This document shows positions 9,308 to 18,972 of a stretch of DNA of 64,000 nucleotides, piece after piece. The DNA is from a virus (Duplodnaviria; Caudoviricetes). Position 1 is the stretch's first letter, and each line of letters starts with the position of its first letter. The translations under genes were made by a program, and so were the position numbers. The notes under the pieces are model-generated. The model was not told where the DNA came from. It worked only from the letters and a program-made list of their open reading frames with translations, and did no database searches. The DNA is taken from positions 78,447-142,446 of IMG/VR virus record IMGVR_UViG_2882238243_000002. The stretch is one strand, 5' to 3'.

Positions 9308-10762
9308 ATGGCGAAGAAAATTAGAAAACAAACATTAGCATTAAAATCGTATCTTGAAAAGATGAAAGAAGAAAATCAAGAGATTAGAAGTGACCAGGAT
9401 GTACAGAGATTATCTGGTCAATGGGATAACAGTATGATTAATGAATTGGTTGCTACAGTACTTACCGATGACTATATTCCACCAATTATATTAGGAGAAG
9501 AAGAAAGAGAAGATGATACAACACAGCTTTGGGTTATTGATGGACTACAACGAAGCTCGACATTGGATTTGTACAGATATGGCAACTGGACAATTACATC
9601 AGCTATTGAAGATAGTATTATAGAGTATCAAAAGAACAAAATAGAAGATGGAAAAGTTTGTAGAGACGAAGAGGGTAATTTAATTAAGGATACTGTCGAA
9701 TTTGATATTAAAGGTAAAACGTTCGATGAATTGCCAAATGAACTAAAGAAAAAATTTGATGACTATCAAATAGAAATGGCAGTACATCAAAATTGCACAA
9801 TGGAACAAATATCAAAACTAATAAGGCGCTATAATAATCATCGCGGAATGAACACGGTACAAAAAGCCTTTACATACTTAAACAACTTTGCACGAAAAAT
9901 TCGTGCAATTATAGATATGAGATTTTTTAAAGATTGCATGAAGGATTTGGGTAAAGAAAAAATAAAGGGTGGCTATGAACGAATTATTATGGAGTCAGTG
10001 ATGGTAATGTTTCATTTGGACAAATGGAAAAAGACTCCTAAAGATATTGGAAAGTATTTAAACAATAATGCAACAGATGAAGAGTTTGATGTTTTAAAAG
10101 AAGTGATTAGTCGCTTAGAGCCTGTAGTAGATGATAATTTTAAAGAAATATTTAATATGAAAGATTCATTTATTTGGTTTGCATTTTTTCATAGGTTTTT
10201 AAAATTAGGTTTAGATGATAGTAGATTTAGAGATTTTCTTAAAGAATTTACAAGTGAATTACATAACAAAACATTTGAAGAATATGATAACAGATCCTTC
10301 GATACAGTTGACGGAGGGAAGGGTACTAAAGACAAGAGGGTCATCATTCAAAAATTGGACATGCTTGAAAAATTAATGAATGATTTTTTACATATTAAGA
10401 ATGTGGAATTTAGCAAAAATGAGCTGGAAATAGAGAATAACGAAGTGAGTAAAGAGCAATTTATTGCGGAAAATGTTGGCATGGATATTGAAGATATAAA
10501 AGCTGATATGGAACTTTATGAGCAATCACTTGACGATTTACTTGATAAAGCCGTAAAGGATGGTTCGAAATTGCTTAATAAAGCAAACAGAGTATCTTTG
10601 CTGGCAATGATTTCGTATTCGTATAAAGAAGACAAGGATTTAGATGAGTGGATGCTTGAATACGCAAAAAATAATAATACATATTTTATTGACCAAAAGA
10701 AGAATTACATACATATGCTTAAAGACTTAGAGAATTTTATTAAGAAGGGAGTAGCTGCTTAA
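9308..10762 (+). CDS. DUF262/ParB-like N-terminal domain protein
   Basis: QR..QW, IPPIILG and WVIDGLQR motifs. Confidence 0.7.
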   Translation: MAKKIRKQTLALKSYLEKMKEENQEIRSDQDVQRLSGQWDNSMINELVATVLTDDYIPPIILGEEEREDDTTQLWVIDGLQRSSTLDLYRYGNWTITSAIEDSIIEYQKNKIEDGKVCRDEEGNLIKDTVEFDIKGKTFDELPNELKKKFDDYQIEMAVHQNCTMEQISKLIRRYNNHRGMNTVQKAFTYLNNFARKIRAIIDMRFFKDCMKDLGKEKIKGGYERIIMESVMVMFHLDKWKKTPKDIGKYLNNNATDEEFDVLKEVISRLEPVVDDNFKEIFNMKDSFIWFAFFHRFLKLGLDDSRFRDFLKEFTSELHNKTFEEYDNRSFDTVDGGKGTKDKRVIIQKLDMLEKLMNDFLHIKNVEFSKNELEIENNEVSKEQFIAENVGMDIEDIKADMELYEQSLDDLLDKAVKDGSKLLNKANRVSLLAMISYSYKEDKDLDEWMLEYAKNNNTYFIDQKKNYIHMLKDLENFIKKGVAA

Positions 10763-10956
10763 TGCCTAGTAATGAATTTAATAAGTGTAATTTTTGCAGA
10801 GCATTTGATGAGTATGAGGGATGTCGCAGTTATCATTGCAATAACAAATTAGATTTTGTAGCGGTCCCCGACAAGTTAATTGAAAAAGCAAAAGAGAAAG
10901 CCATTTCTGTAACAGATGTAATTGCCTTATTAGAAATAGCAGGCAATGAAGTATAG
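10762..10956 (+). CDS. Small Cys-rich hypothetical protein
   Basis: ORF coupled to the upstream gene. Confidence 0.55.
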   Translation: MPSNEFNKCNFCRAFDEYEGCRSYHCNNKLDFVAVPDKLIEKAKEKAISVTDVIALLEIAGNEV

Positions 10957-10990
10957 ATATTAAATATAGTAGAAAAAGGAGAGATGAATT

Positions 10991-11779
10991 ATGTGTAGAT
11001 TTAAATCAGCAGTAATCTTAAAAAACAGGGTGATATTAGCGCCAGAAGGGAATGAAAGTCACTCAGATTTATTAAGGAGTTTAAATATTGAAGATTCTCA
11101 TTTTAATGCATCAAAGACATTTGTTAGAGCAGAGTTAGTGCCGCCAGATGGAAATAAGGCAATTGATATTGACAAATGGGAATATATTGTTGATCAAGAT
11201 ATTGTACCCGATTGGTTTGATGAAGACTCAGGCAGATATGAAATAGAAATGCGAAATGCAGTTGGCGAATATATGAAGGATAAACTTAAAAATATTATTT
11301 GCGGATATGATTGGACACCGGTTACAGAAGGAGAATATACATATTACTTCATGAATGGAATAATGTCTAAATCCAACTTTGGAAAAACAAACGACTACAG
11401 AGAATCTGCTGTTAGAGCAGATTTGCTATCTAGTAATCTACTGGCGAATTTAAAGGAAAAGTTTGGCGATAACCTTGTTCCAATTACATTAGACCTTACT
11501 TCTATGGATGGGTTTAAAGATTACGGAAATGTAGAAGGAGATCTTCTGGCCATTCCAAATATTGAATTATTAATGAAGTTTGGAAACCAAATTCAACTAA
11601 TAGATAATTGGTATTGGCTTGCAACACCAAATCAGACTCCTTCTAGGAGAGATTCTTCCAACGTTCAGTGTGTTGGCTCCGATGGCCTCGTGGACTGCTG
11701 CGATTGTTGCTGGAATGGCAGGGGCGTGCGTCCGTTTTTTATCTTGAAATCTGATATCTTAGTATCTGCAAGTAAGTAG
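10991..11779 (+). CDS. DGR target protein with C-terminal CLec-type variable region
   Basis: Ends WYWLATP...SNVQCVGSDGLVDCCDCCWNGRGVRPFFIL; 3' end matches the TR. Confidence 0.9.
   Translation: MCRFKSAVILKNRVILAPEGNESHSDLLRSLNIEDSHFNASKTFVRAELVPPDGNKAIDIDKWEYIVDQDIVPDWFDEDSGRYEIEMRNAVGEYMKDKLKNIICGYDWTPVTEGEYTYYFMNGIMSKSNFGKTNDYRESAVRADLLSSNLLANLKEKFGDNLVPITLDLTSMDGFKDYGNVEGDLLAIPNIELLMKFGNQIQLIDNWYWLATPNQTPSRRDSSNVQCVGSDGLVDCCDCCWNGRGVRPFFILKSDILVSASK
11655..11736 (+). repeat. DGR variable region (VR)
   Basis: 82-bp copy of 12255-12336 with 14 mismatches, all at TR adenines. Confidence 0.95.
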
Positions 11780-11796
11780 AGGGCAGCCAGTGAACA

Positions 11797-11819
11797 GGGC
11801 TAGGGCGTAAGCCCTGCCC
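11797..11819 (+). other. DGR target-recognition hairpin downstream of VR
   Basis: GGGC-T-AGGGC-gtaa-GCCCT-GCCC, a GC-rich stem with a 4-nt loop. Confidence 0.65.
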
Positions 11820-11857
11820 GTGAGCTTTGGATGAGATTGACAACAAGGAGCAAAATA

Positions 11858-12226
11858 GTGAGCGAAAATAAACTGGATATTATTGTAAAAGCAATAAATC
11901 TTATGGAATACACAATGACAATCACATCAAATAGAAAAAGATTTCCAGTTAAGCATTTAATGTTAGTAAGACGTATCCAGGAATGTTGTATGGATATTTA
12001 TGAATATTTGATTGATGCCAATAGGATTAAATTAGATACTTCAAAATCCGAACGACAAGAATTGCAGACCAAGGCGATTTCATGTTGTGATAAATTATCG
12101 TGTTATGTAGAACTTTCTATGAAATTAAATTTAGTTGGAACCGATACTGTTTCATATTGGCAAAAGCAAGTTAATGATGTGAAATATATGGCGATTGCAT
12201 GGCGCTCTAAAGACAAACAGAGATAG
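11858..12226 (+). CDS. avd: DGR accessory variability determinant (Avd, four-helix bundle)
   Basis: Position between VR and TR; NRKRFP..L..RIQ..C.DIYE.LIDAN...W pattern; GTG start after AAGGAG. Confidence 0.8.
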   Translation: MSENKLDIIVKAINLMEYTMTITSNRKRFPVKHLMLVRRIQECCMDIYEYLIDANRIKLDTSKSERQELQTKAISCCDKLSCYVELSMKLNLVGTDTVSYWQKQVNDVKYMAIAWRSKDKQR

Positions 12227-12254
12227 ATATGAAAATGGGTTGTTTGTTGCTTGA

Positions 12255-12336
12255 CTTCCAACGTTCAGTGTGTTAACTCCAATGGCAACGTGAACTACAA
12301 CGATTGTAACTGGAATGACAAAGGCGTGCGTCCGTT
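12255..12336 (+). ncRNA. DGR template region (TR)
   Basis: AAC/AAT-rich invariant copy of VR between avd and RT. Confidence 0.95.
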
Positions 12337-12455
12337 CTGGGTCGGAAGACGAAAGAAAGTAGGAGAAACACCGAAATTAGAGTCCCGATATCAAAAGAAT
12401 AGACAACCTTTCCTGTCTGATAAAAGGCAGGATAAATACAAAGGATTGAAATATT

Positions 12456-13523
12456 ATGACAGAAGATAAAACAGATTTTGAGGTCGTTACGGATTTTGGT
12501 AATTTATATCAAGCTTATAAAAAATCAAAATCAGGTAAGGGATTTTCAAAGAGCAGTCAACAATTCCAAGTGGCGACTCTTGATGGAATTCATCAAATAA
12601 AAAGAAGATTAGAAACCAAAACATACGAAGTATCTAAATATAATGAATTTACAATATATGAACCAAAAGAGAGAATTATTAAAGCAGGTTCATTTGTAGA
12701 TAAAATAGTTCAGCACAGCTTATGCGATAACGTATTAATTCCTAAATTGGAATCTGAATTTATTCAAACTAATTATGCTGGACAAATTGGAAAGGGAACG
12801 TTATACGGACTCGATTGTTTAAAGGCACAAATGTATTTGGCATATCAGAAATATGGATATAATTGTTGGATAGTTAAAGCCGATATAAGTAAATTCTTCT
12901 ATAATATAAATCGCGATATTTTAATAGATATAGTTGCTTATTTTATAGAAGATAAAGATGTATTTTGGTTGTGTAAAAAGTTTATAAATAGCACAGAAGG
13001 ATTGGGGCTTCCACTTGGAAATCAAGTAAGTCAAGTATTTGCATTATTATATCTATCCGGATTAGATCATTTTGTAACCGGCGAATTAGGTGTGAAATAT
13101 TATGGAAGGTATATGGACGACTTTTATTTAATTGTAGAAACAAAAGAATGTGCTAAGTGGTGTTTAAGTAATATTTATGAATTTGTTCATTCCCTTGGAT
13201 TAGAATTGAATAACAAAACTCAAATTATACCTTTCAAAAATGGAATTAAGTTTTGTGGTTTTCATACATATGTTACGGAAGATGGCAGGGTTATTCGTAA
13301 ATTAAAGAATGAGAACAAAAGAGCTGCAAAGAAAAAATTTAGAAAGATGGCTAACTTAGTGAATAAAGGTAAGTTAAGCAAGGATAAATTTAATGAGTCT
13401 TATTGTGCATGGAAAAATCATATTTCTCATGGAAATTGTGTTAAGTTGGGATATGAGATGGATAGGGATATAGAAGAATTATTTAATAAGTCTTGTGAAA
13501 CGAATATTTCAATAGTAGATTAG
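12456..13523 (+). CDS. DGR reverse transcriptase
   Basis: IYEPKER, KADISKFF, GLPLGNQVSQ, YGRYMDDF motifs. Confidence 0.95.
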   Translation: MTEDKTDFEVVTDFGNLYQAYKKSKSGKGFSKSSQQFQVATLDGIHQIKRRLETKTYEVSKYNEFTIYEPKERIIKAGSFVDKIVQHSLCDNVLIPKLESEFIQTNYAGQIGKGTLYGLDCLKAQMYLAYQKYGYNCWIVKADISKFFYNINRDILIDIVAYFIEDKDVFWLCKKFINSTEGLGLPLGNQVSQVFALLYLSGLDHFVTGELGVKYYGRYMDDFYLIVETKECAKWCLSNIYEFVHSLGLELNNKTQIIPFKNGIKFCGFHTYVTEDGRVIRKLKNENKRAAKKKFRKMANLVNKGKLSKDKFNESYCAWKNHISHGNCVKLGYEMDRDIEELFNKSCETNISIVD

Positions 13524-13561
13524 GAAGAGAAATATGAAGCTACTTAAATATTGATATGAGA

Positions 13562-13595
13562 AATAAATAGAGTAAAAATTTTTACTCTATTTATT
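13562..13595. terminator. Perfect 34-bp palindrome, probable bidirectional terminator
   Basis: AATAAATAGAGTAAAAA|TTTTTACTCTATTTATT between convergent RT and YkgJ-like genes. Confidence 0.65.
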
Positions 13596-14277
13596 AAGAA
13601 CCATTGATTATTTTTCTTACTGCGTAAGGAAGTAAATAATGTTCACTATGATCAATGAACTTTTGTCCATATTTATGTCTTATGTTTGTAACGTAGGTGT
13701 CGAAACCTGTATAACTGTAATCATAATTTAGTTTATTTACTATATCACAATATTTACTATTATTATACTGCCTGAAAGTCCAACAAGTATTAGGTCTAAT
13801 GCTATAAATGGAACAAATGTTATCATTTAAAAATAAACATTGTTTGTTCAATTTTGAATATTCTAAGTTTATGTTGTAACTTTCGTCGTTTGTTATATGC
13901 AATATTTTGAATGGTACAAGTGACTCGTTCACAGCATTACATATATTGTTGGCAGTGTTGCCAAGATACCTTTTAACTCTTTTATTTAAAAAATTTATAT
14001 GGTACTTTAACATTTCAAATTCAATAGGATCAATATAAATAGCTTGTGAACAACACTTAGAGCAGCCAATAGTGCATACGCATTTTAAGCCACAATTATG
14101 TTCGACAAGATTAATCATGTCAGTTGCACGTATTATTTCTTGTGAATTCCAATCAGTCAAATCTTTCAAATCTTTAAAATTTGGAGAAACGCCTAGATTA
14201 AAAGCTATTTTATTTTGATTATCTTTAATGTAATTTAGAATTTCTTTTGTTTTTAAATTCCAAATAAATTTACTCAT
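13594..14277 (-). CDS. YkgJ/CxxCxxCC family cysteine-cluster protein
   Basis: CTIGCSKCC, CLFLNDNICSIYSIRPNTC. Confidence 0.8.
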   Translation of the reverse strand: MSKFIWNLKTKEILNYIKDNQNKIAFNLGVSPNFKDLKDLTDWNSQEIIRATDMINLVEHNCGLKCVCTIGCSKCCSQAIYIDPIEFEMLKYHINFLNKRVKRYLGNTANNICNAVNESLVPFKILHITNDESYNINLEYSKLNKQCLFLNDNICSIYSIRPNTCWTFRQYNNSKYCDIVNKLNYDYSYTGFDTYVTNIRHKYGQKFIDHSEHYLLPYAVRKIINGS

Positions 14278-14401
14278 ATATACAACACTCCTTTGGGGAA
14301 TTATAGCAAAAATAAAATAAGAAGTAAATAGAAAGATACTAGTAAAGTAGATATATAAAAAATATAAATGGAGACGAAATCAGGATTTTAACGGAAAAAA
14401 G

Positions 14402-14447
14402 TATCAACATATAGTGGCAAATACAATATAAACACAACATATAGTAT
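14402..14447. promoter_or_regulatory. Tandem NrdR-box-like sites
   Basis: TATCAACATATAGTGG (14402) and ACACAACATATAGTAT (14432) resemble acaCwAtATaTwGtgt. Confidence 0.55.
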
Positions 14448-14465
14448 GTAAAAAGGAGAGAAAAT

Positions 14466-16520
14466 ATGGGATTTATTAAATTCAAAGAGGAATTGCAAAA
14501 GCATTTTAAAGAAATGACTAAAGATGTGACACATTTATTTGAGGTGGAAGTAGATAAGGATGAATTATGGAATACCTATCTTAGTAGTTATCCACCCGGT
14601 ACTAATAAAATATTTAGAGAACGTACAGAAAATGATTGCAGTTGTTGCCGACACTTTATTAAAAATATTGGCAACGCAGTTATTATCAAAGACAATCAAG
14701 TACATACAGTTTGGGATTTAGAACTAAATGATACTACATATCAACCAGTAGCAAATGCATTGGCATCTTTTATTAAATCTAATGTTGTAACTGATATCTA
14801 TATTAGTAAGGAAAAGAAAATTGGCACCGATTTCAATTATGAAGATATGAACGGAAAAATGCATAAATGGGATCATTTTTATCTTGACTTACCGGACAAG
14901 TTTGTTGATAGAAGTAGCCGTTCAATTGGAGATATTCAGGGAGGATTTAGAGATACAAGAAATGTATTTAAGCGTTCATTAGATGAAATTTCTATAAGTG
15001 CACTTGATACAGTTTTAGAACTTATCAATTCGAATACTCTCTACAAAGGTGAAGAATGGAAAGGCGTACTTACAGAATTTCGTAAATATAAGAAAGAATA
15101 TGACAAATTATCATCCGAAAAAGAGAAAGAATTATATACATGGGAACAATCTGTAAAAGCTGGTGTGGCTATTGGCAGAATTAGAAACCATAGTATTGGA
15201 ACATTGCTCGTTAATATCAGTGAAGATATGGATTTAGACTTAGCTGTTAAGAAATATGAACAGATAGTAGCTCCGTCGAATTATAAACGCCCAAAGGCTA
15301 TTTTTACCAAGAAAATGCTTGAAGACGCACAGAAAACTATTACAGAATTGGGTTATATGGATTCGTTAAATAGAAGATTTGCAACGCTTGATGATATTAC
15401 GGTGAATAATATTCTTTTCTCAAATAAGGATTCCGCTAAAAGAATTGTGGGAGTGGATGATATTTTTGGAGAAATGGAAAAAGATGTTGTTGTAAATCCT
15501 AAGAGATTTTCTAAGGTAGAGGATGTTACTGCAAAAGATTTTATTGACAATGTACTTCCAACTACAAAAGAGGTTGAGGTGTTTGTAGAGAATAAACATG
15601 ATAAGAATTTTGTATCTTTAATTGCCCCAATTAATCCAGATGCTAAAACAATGTTTAAGTGGAATAATGGAATGAGTTGGGCTTACACAGGAAATATCAC
15701 AGATAGTGACATGAAACAAAACGTGAAGGCTGCCGGTGGTAATGTAGATGGTGTTTTAAGATTTTCCATTCAATGGAATGAGGATGGAAAAGACAATTGT
15801 GATTTGGATGCACATTGTAAAGAGCCTAATGGTAATGAGATTTATTTCGGCTCTGATAGAAAACCAGATGTTTCAAGGTTGGGTGGTCAGTTGGATGTTG
15901 ATATTGTTAATCCTGGTGGTAAAGTAGCTGTTGAAAATATTACATGGGCAGATCAATTAAAAATGCAACCAGGTATATATAGATTTTTCGCACACCAATA
16001 TTCTGGTAGTGTGAGAAATGGATTTAGGGCAGAGATTGAATTCAATGGTGAAATCTATTCATTCGATTATAATAAATCAATAAGAAGTGGTGAGAATGTT
16101 CAAGTAGCAGAAGTTACTTTGGATGTAAACGGAGAATTTACCATTAAAGAGAAATTATCTGGTAGTTCAACGATTTCAAGTAGGGATGTTTGGGGAGTGA
16201 GTACAAATCAGTTTACACCAGTTTCCGTGATTTGCTATAGCCCTAACTACTTTGATGAGCAAGACGGTATTGGACACAGACATCTGTTCTTCATGTTGAA
16301 AGATTGTGTGAATCCAGAGTCACCGAATGGCTACTATAACGAGTTTTTAAAGAATGAGTTAGCAGACCATAAAAGGGTTTTCGAGGCATTGGGAGCAAAG
16401 TGCAAGGTAGAAGATTTAGAAGATCAGCTTTCAGGAGTTGGATTTAGTATGACAAAGCGAGCTGATTTAATAGTTAAAGTAAAAGGCGCAACAGAAAGAG
16501 TAATGAAAATTAAATTTTAA
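14466..16520 (+). CDS. Large hypothetical phage protein (684 aa)
   Basis: Long ORF; N-terminal DCSCCRHF; C-terminal DLDAHC..LDVD..ENI resembling YfaP/DUF2135-like domains. Confidence 0.7.
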   Translation: MGFIKFKEELQKHFKEMTKDVTHLFEVEVDKDELWNTYLSSYPPGTNKIFRERTENDCSCCRHFIKNIGNAVIIKDNQVHTVWDLELNDTTYQPVANALASFIKSNVVTDIYISKEKKIGTDFNYEDMNGKMHKWDHFYLDLPDKFVDRSSRSIGDIQGGFRDTRNVFKRSLDEISISALDTVLELINSNTLYKGEEWKGVLTEFRKYKKEYDKLSSEKEKELYTWEQSVKAGVAIGRIRNHSIGTLLVNISEDMDLDLAVKKYEQIVAPSNYKRPKAIFTKKMLEDAQKTITELGYMDSLNRRFATLDDITVNNILFSNKDSAKRIVGVDDIFGEMEKDVVVNPKRFSKVEDVTAKDFIDNVLPTTKEVEVFVENKHDKNFVSLIAPINPDAKTMFKWNNGMSWAYTGNITDSDMKQNVKAAGGNVDGVLRFSIQWNEDGKDNCDLDAHCKEPNGNEIYFGSDRKPDVSRLGGQLDVDIVNPGGKVAVENITWADQLKMQPGIYRFFAHQYSGSVRNGFRAEIEFNGEIYSFDYNKSIRSGENVQVAEVTLDVNGEFTIKEKLSGSSTISSRDVWGVSTNQFTPVSVICYSPNYFDEQDGIGHRHLFFMLKDCVNPESPNGYYNEFLKNELADHKRVFEALGAKCKVEDLEDQLSGVGFSMTKRADLIVKVKGATERVMKIKF

Positions 16521-16574
16521 TTTGGTCCTATGTCAAGATTTAGTACAAGTTAAAATGAGAAAAAATTCCTCACA

Positions 16575-17489
16575 TTAACTTGCTAGAAGCAGGCGGCCAT
16601 CTTGGCTCTGCTCATATAGTTTTTCAAAGTCATTTGGTGACATATAATCACAGTGACTGTGGATACGTTTTGTATTATAAAATGCCTCTAGATATTCAAA
16701 TACGAGGCGATAAGCCTGGTCGAAATCGAGGATATGAAATCGGTTCAGCCACTCCCGTTTTATGAGTGCATGAAATGATTCAATACATGCATTATCCCAT
16801 GGGAAGGCCTTTTTTGAATAACTACGCTTCATATTTTCGGTTGCTTCGTTGTAGGCTTTTGAAACATACTGAGAGCCGCGATCGCTGTGTATAATCAACG
16901 GAAGATCTGTTTTGCGACGTGCTTTTGCTTTGGTTATGGCATCAATTACACAAGAAACCTCTAACGTTTCTGAAAGTGTCCATGCAATGATTTTCCTGGA
17001 ATACAAATCCATAATGCTTGTCAGATAGACAAATCCGTCTACGGTCCAAATATAAGTGATATCGGTGCACCAAACAGCGTTAGGGCGGTCAGGATTGAAT
17101 TGTTCATCAAGGATATTTTGAAGTTCGTTACTAAAATCAGAATCTTTTGTAGTGATTGTCCATGGTTTTACCCATTGCGCTTTAATTCCCATTTCCTTCA
17201 TGTAGGTACCAACCGTTCGTTCTGCAATAACTTCTCCCTTTTTTTTGAGCTCTTTGGTGATTTTGGGAGCACCATAGTTTTGTTTGGAGCCATCATAAAT
17301 CTCTCTTATTTTGGCCTTTATAGTTTTCTTTCGTACGAGTGTATTTGAAGGAGTTTTTCTTAAAAATGCGAAATATCCCGATCGTGAAACGCCTAAGATT
17401 CGCAGCACTCTGGAGACAGAAACACGGCGTCCGTTTTTCTTGGAAGCTTCTGTCTTCTCAGATACTTCGAGGTAAATGGCTTGCGTCAT
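16575..17489 (-). CDS. IS3 transposase OrfB (DDE)
   Basis: WCTDITY, HSDRGSQY, DNACIESF. Confidence 0.95.
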   Translation of the reverse strand: MTQAIYLEVSEKTEASKKNGRRVSVSRVLRILGVSRSGYFAFLRKTPSNTLVRKKTIKAKIREIYDGSKQNYGAPKITKELKKKGEVIAERTVGTYMKEMGIKAQWVKPWTITTKDSDFSNELQNILDEQFNPDRPNAVWCTDITYIWTVDGFVYLTSIMDLYSRKIIAWTLSETLEVSCVIDAITKAKARRKTDLPLIIHSDRGSQYVSKAYNEATENMKRSYSKKAFPWDNACIESFHALIKREWLNRFHILDFDQAYRLVFEYLEAFYNTKRIHSHCDYMSPNDFEKLYEQSQDGRLLLAS

Positions 17490-17770
17490 TTTCCCAGAAT
17501 GCCGATGGCTTTTTTTAACACATCAAGTGCATCCTGTGTGTCGCGCAATTCACGCTTAAGACGGGCAATCTCCTTTTCTTCATCCGAAGAGAAATTTCCA
17601 GAGCCTCTAGATTCGAGATCACCTGTCTCACGAAATTCTCTTTGCCATCTTGATATAGACTGGTGGCTGATTCCAAGATTGTTGGCACAGCCAATCAAAC
17701 CAAGCTCCTTGTGGTCATGATAGTACTGGATGCAATCCAATTTAAATTGTTTGTCATAGTTCTTCGGCAT
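17486..17770 (-). CDS. IS3 transposase OrfA (HTH)
   Basis: YDKQFKL...ANNLGISHQSISRW...EIARLKRE; ATGA overlap with orfB. Confidence 0.9.
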   Translation of the reverse strand: MPKNYDKQFKLDCIQYYHDHKELGLIGCANNLGISHQSISRWQREFRETGDLESRGSGNFSSDEEKEIARLKRELRDTQDALDVLKKAIGILGK

Positions 17771-17889
17771 AATGAGACCCTCCATGATTCAGTACAAGTA
17801 TTGTACCATAATTTTTTATATTGGAATTTCTCATTTTGACTTGTACTATTTAAATTCTAACATCAATTAAGAAAAGGAGAATAAGGATT

Positions 17890-18279
17890 ATGAGTACAGA
17901 AAAAATGTTTATTTTAGCAACTAGAAACAAGATGAGGTTTCCTTATAAGGGAATGGTTTCAGTGGAAGATTTGTGGGATATGAGCGTATCTGCGCTTGAC
18001 TCAGTATTTAAAAATCTCAATTCACAGAAGAAACAAGCAGAAGAAGAAAGCTTATTAAATACAAAATCTAATGCTGATGAGGAACTCGAATTACAGATTG
18101 AAATTGTAAAATACATCGTATCCGTAAAATTATCAGAAAAAGAAACAAGGGAAAAAGCAAATATAATGAGAGAACAAAAACAAAAGATTATGCAAATTAT
18201 GGCTACTAAACAGGATGAAGCCTTGCAGAATGCATCATTTGATGATTTACAGAAAATGCTTGATGAATTAGGAGAATAA
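17890..18279 (+). CDS. Hypothetical phage protein
   Basis: ORF originally adjacent to the 684-aa gene before the IS insertion. Confidence 0.65.
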   Translation: MSTEKMFILATRNKMRFPYKGMVSVEDLWDMSVSALDSVFKNLNSQKKQAEEESLLNTKSNADEELELQIEIVKYIVSVKLSEKETREKANIMREQKQKIMQIMATKQDEALQNASFDDLQKMLDELGE

Positions 18280-18285
18280 TATTAT

Positions 18286-18317
18286 AGGGTTAGTTGGTGT
18301 AACGGCTGGCTAACCCT
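18286..18317 (+). terminator. Stem-loop, probable terminator
   Basis: AGGGTTAGTTGG...CTGGCTAACCC followed by TTT. Confidence 0.5.
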
Positions 18318-18356
18318 TTGAAGCAACGATTTCTTTCGAAGAAAGTAGGTGAAATA

Positions 18357-18968
18357 ATGCAAATGGAAACGCGTGTTGTTATAACCGATTATAATAAGTA
18401 TTGGAGAAGTTACAAAAATACTGTTGGGCATCACGGAACAATTAAAAGCGAAATAAGTAGTGCTGGAAATTACGCAGTGAAGATAGACGATTTACGAAAT
18501 GATAAGTTTAGTAGTGCAACCGGATGTTTCTGGATTAATAAAGAATATTTAAAATTAGAAAGCGAGGAAAATAATATGAGTAAATTAACAGGATTTAAAG
18601 CAGTAGCAGTGGTTAATCAAGGATATAAAAATTATCATTTTGCTATTTACGAAGATAATACAGAGTATCAAGTAGGGGATAGAATTATTGTGTCTGGAAG
18701 CGAAACTATACATACTATTACAGAAATCATTACGCCGGAAGAAGCAGAGCAAAGATATAAGGGGAATATAACAGCCGAGGTTATAGGGAAAGTAGATACT
18801 TCTGCTTATGAAGAAAGAGTTGCCAAGAGAAAAGAAGCGGAAGAATTAAAGAAGTCTATGGATAGGGCTATTAGGGAAATGGACGAGGTAAATAAGTACG
18901 AGATGTATGCAAATCAGAATCCTATTTTGAAAGAAATGTTGGATAAATATAAGAAGTTAGTTGGGTGA
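18357..18968 (+). CDS. Hypothetical protein
   Basis: ORF; internal RBS+ATG (MSKLTG) suggests a fusion or second start. Confidence 0.6.
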   Translation: MQMETRVVITDYNKYWRSYKNTVGHHGTIKSEISSAGNYAVKIDDLRNDKFSSATGCFWINKEYLKLESEENNMSKLTGFKAVAVVNQGYKNYHFAIYEDNTEYQVGDRIIVSGSETIHTITEIITPEEAEQRYKGNITAEVIGKVDTSAYEERVAKRKEAEELKKSMDRAIREMDEVNKYEMYANQNPILKEMLDKYKKLVG

Positions 18969-18972
18969 TGTG

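Larger units (their letters stand above)
16523..17865 (-). mobile_element. IS3-family insertion sequence
   Basis: TG...CA ends; imperfect IRs sharing TAGTACAAGT(T/C)AAAATGAGA; 3-bp ATT target duplication at 16520-16522 and 17866-17868. Confidence 0.9.

Noticed and set aside
12251-12469. 72-aa ORF resembling the DGR target C-terminus
   Set aside because: It is the translation of the TR and spacer RNA; no RBS, so not a gene.
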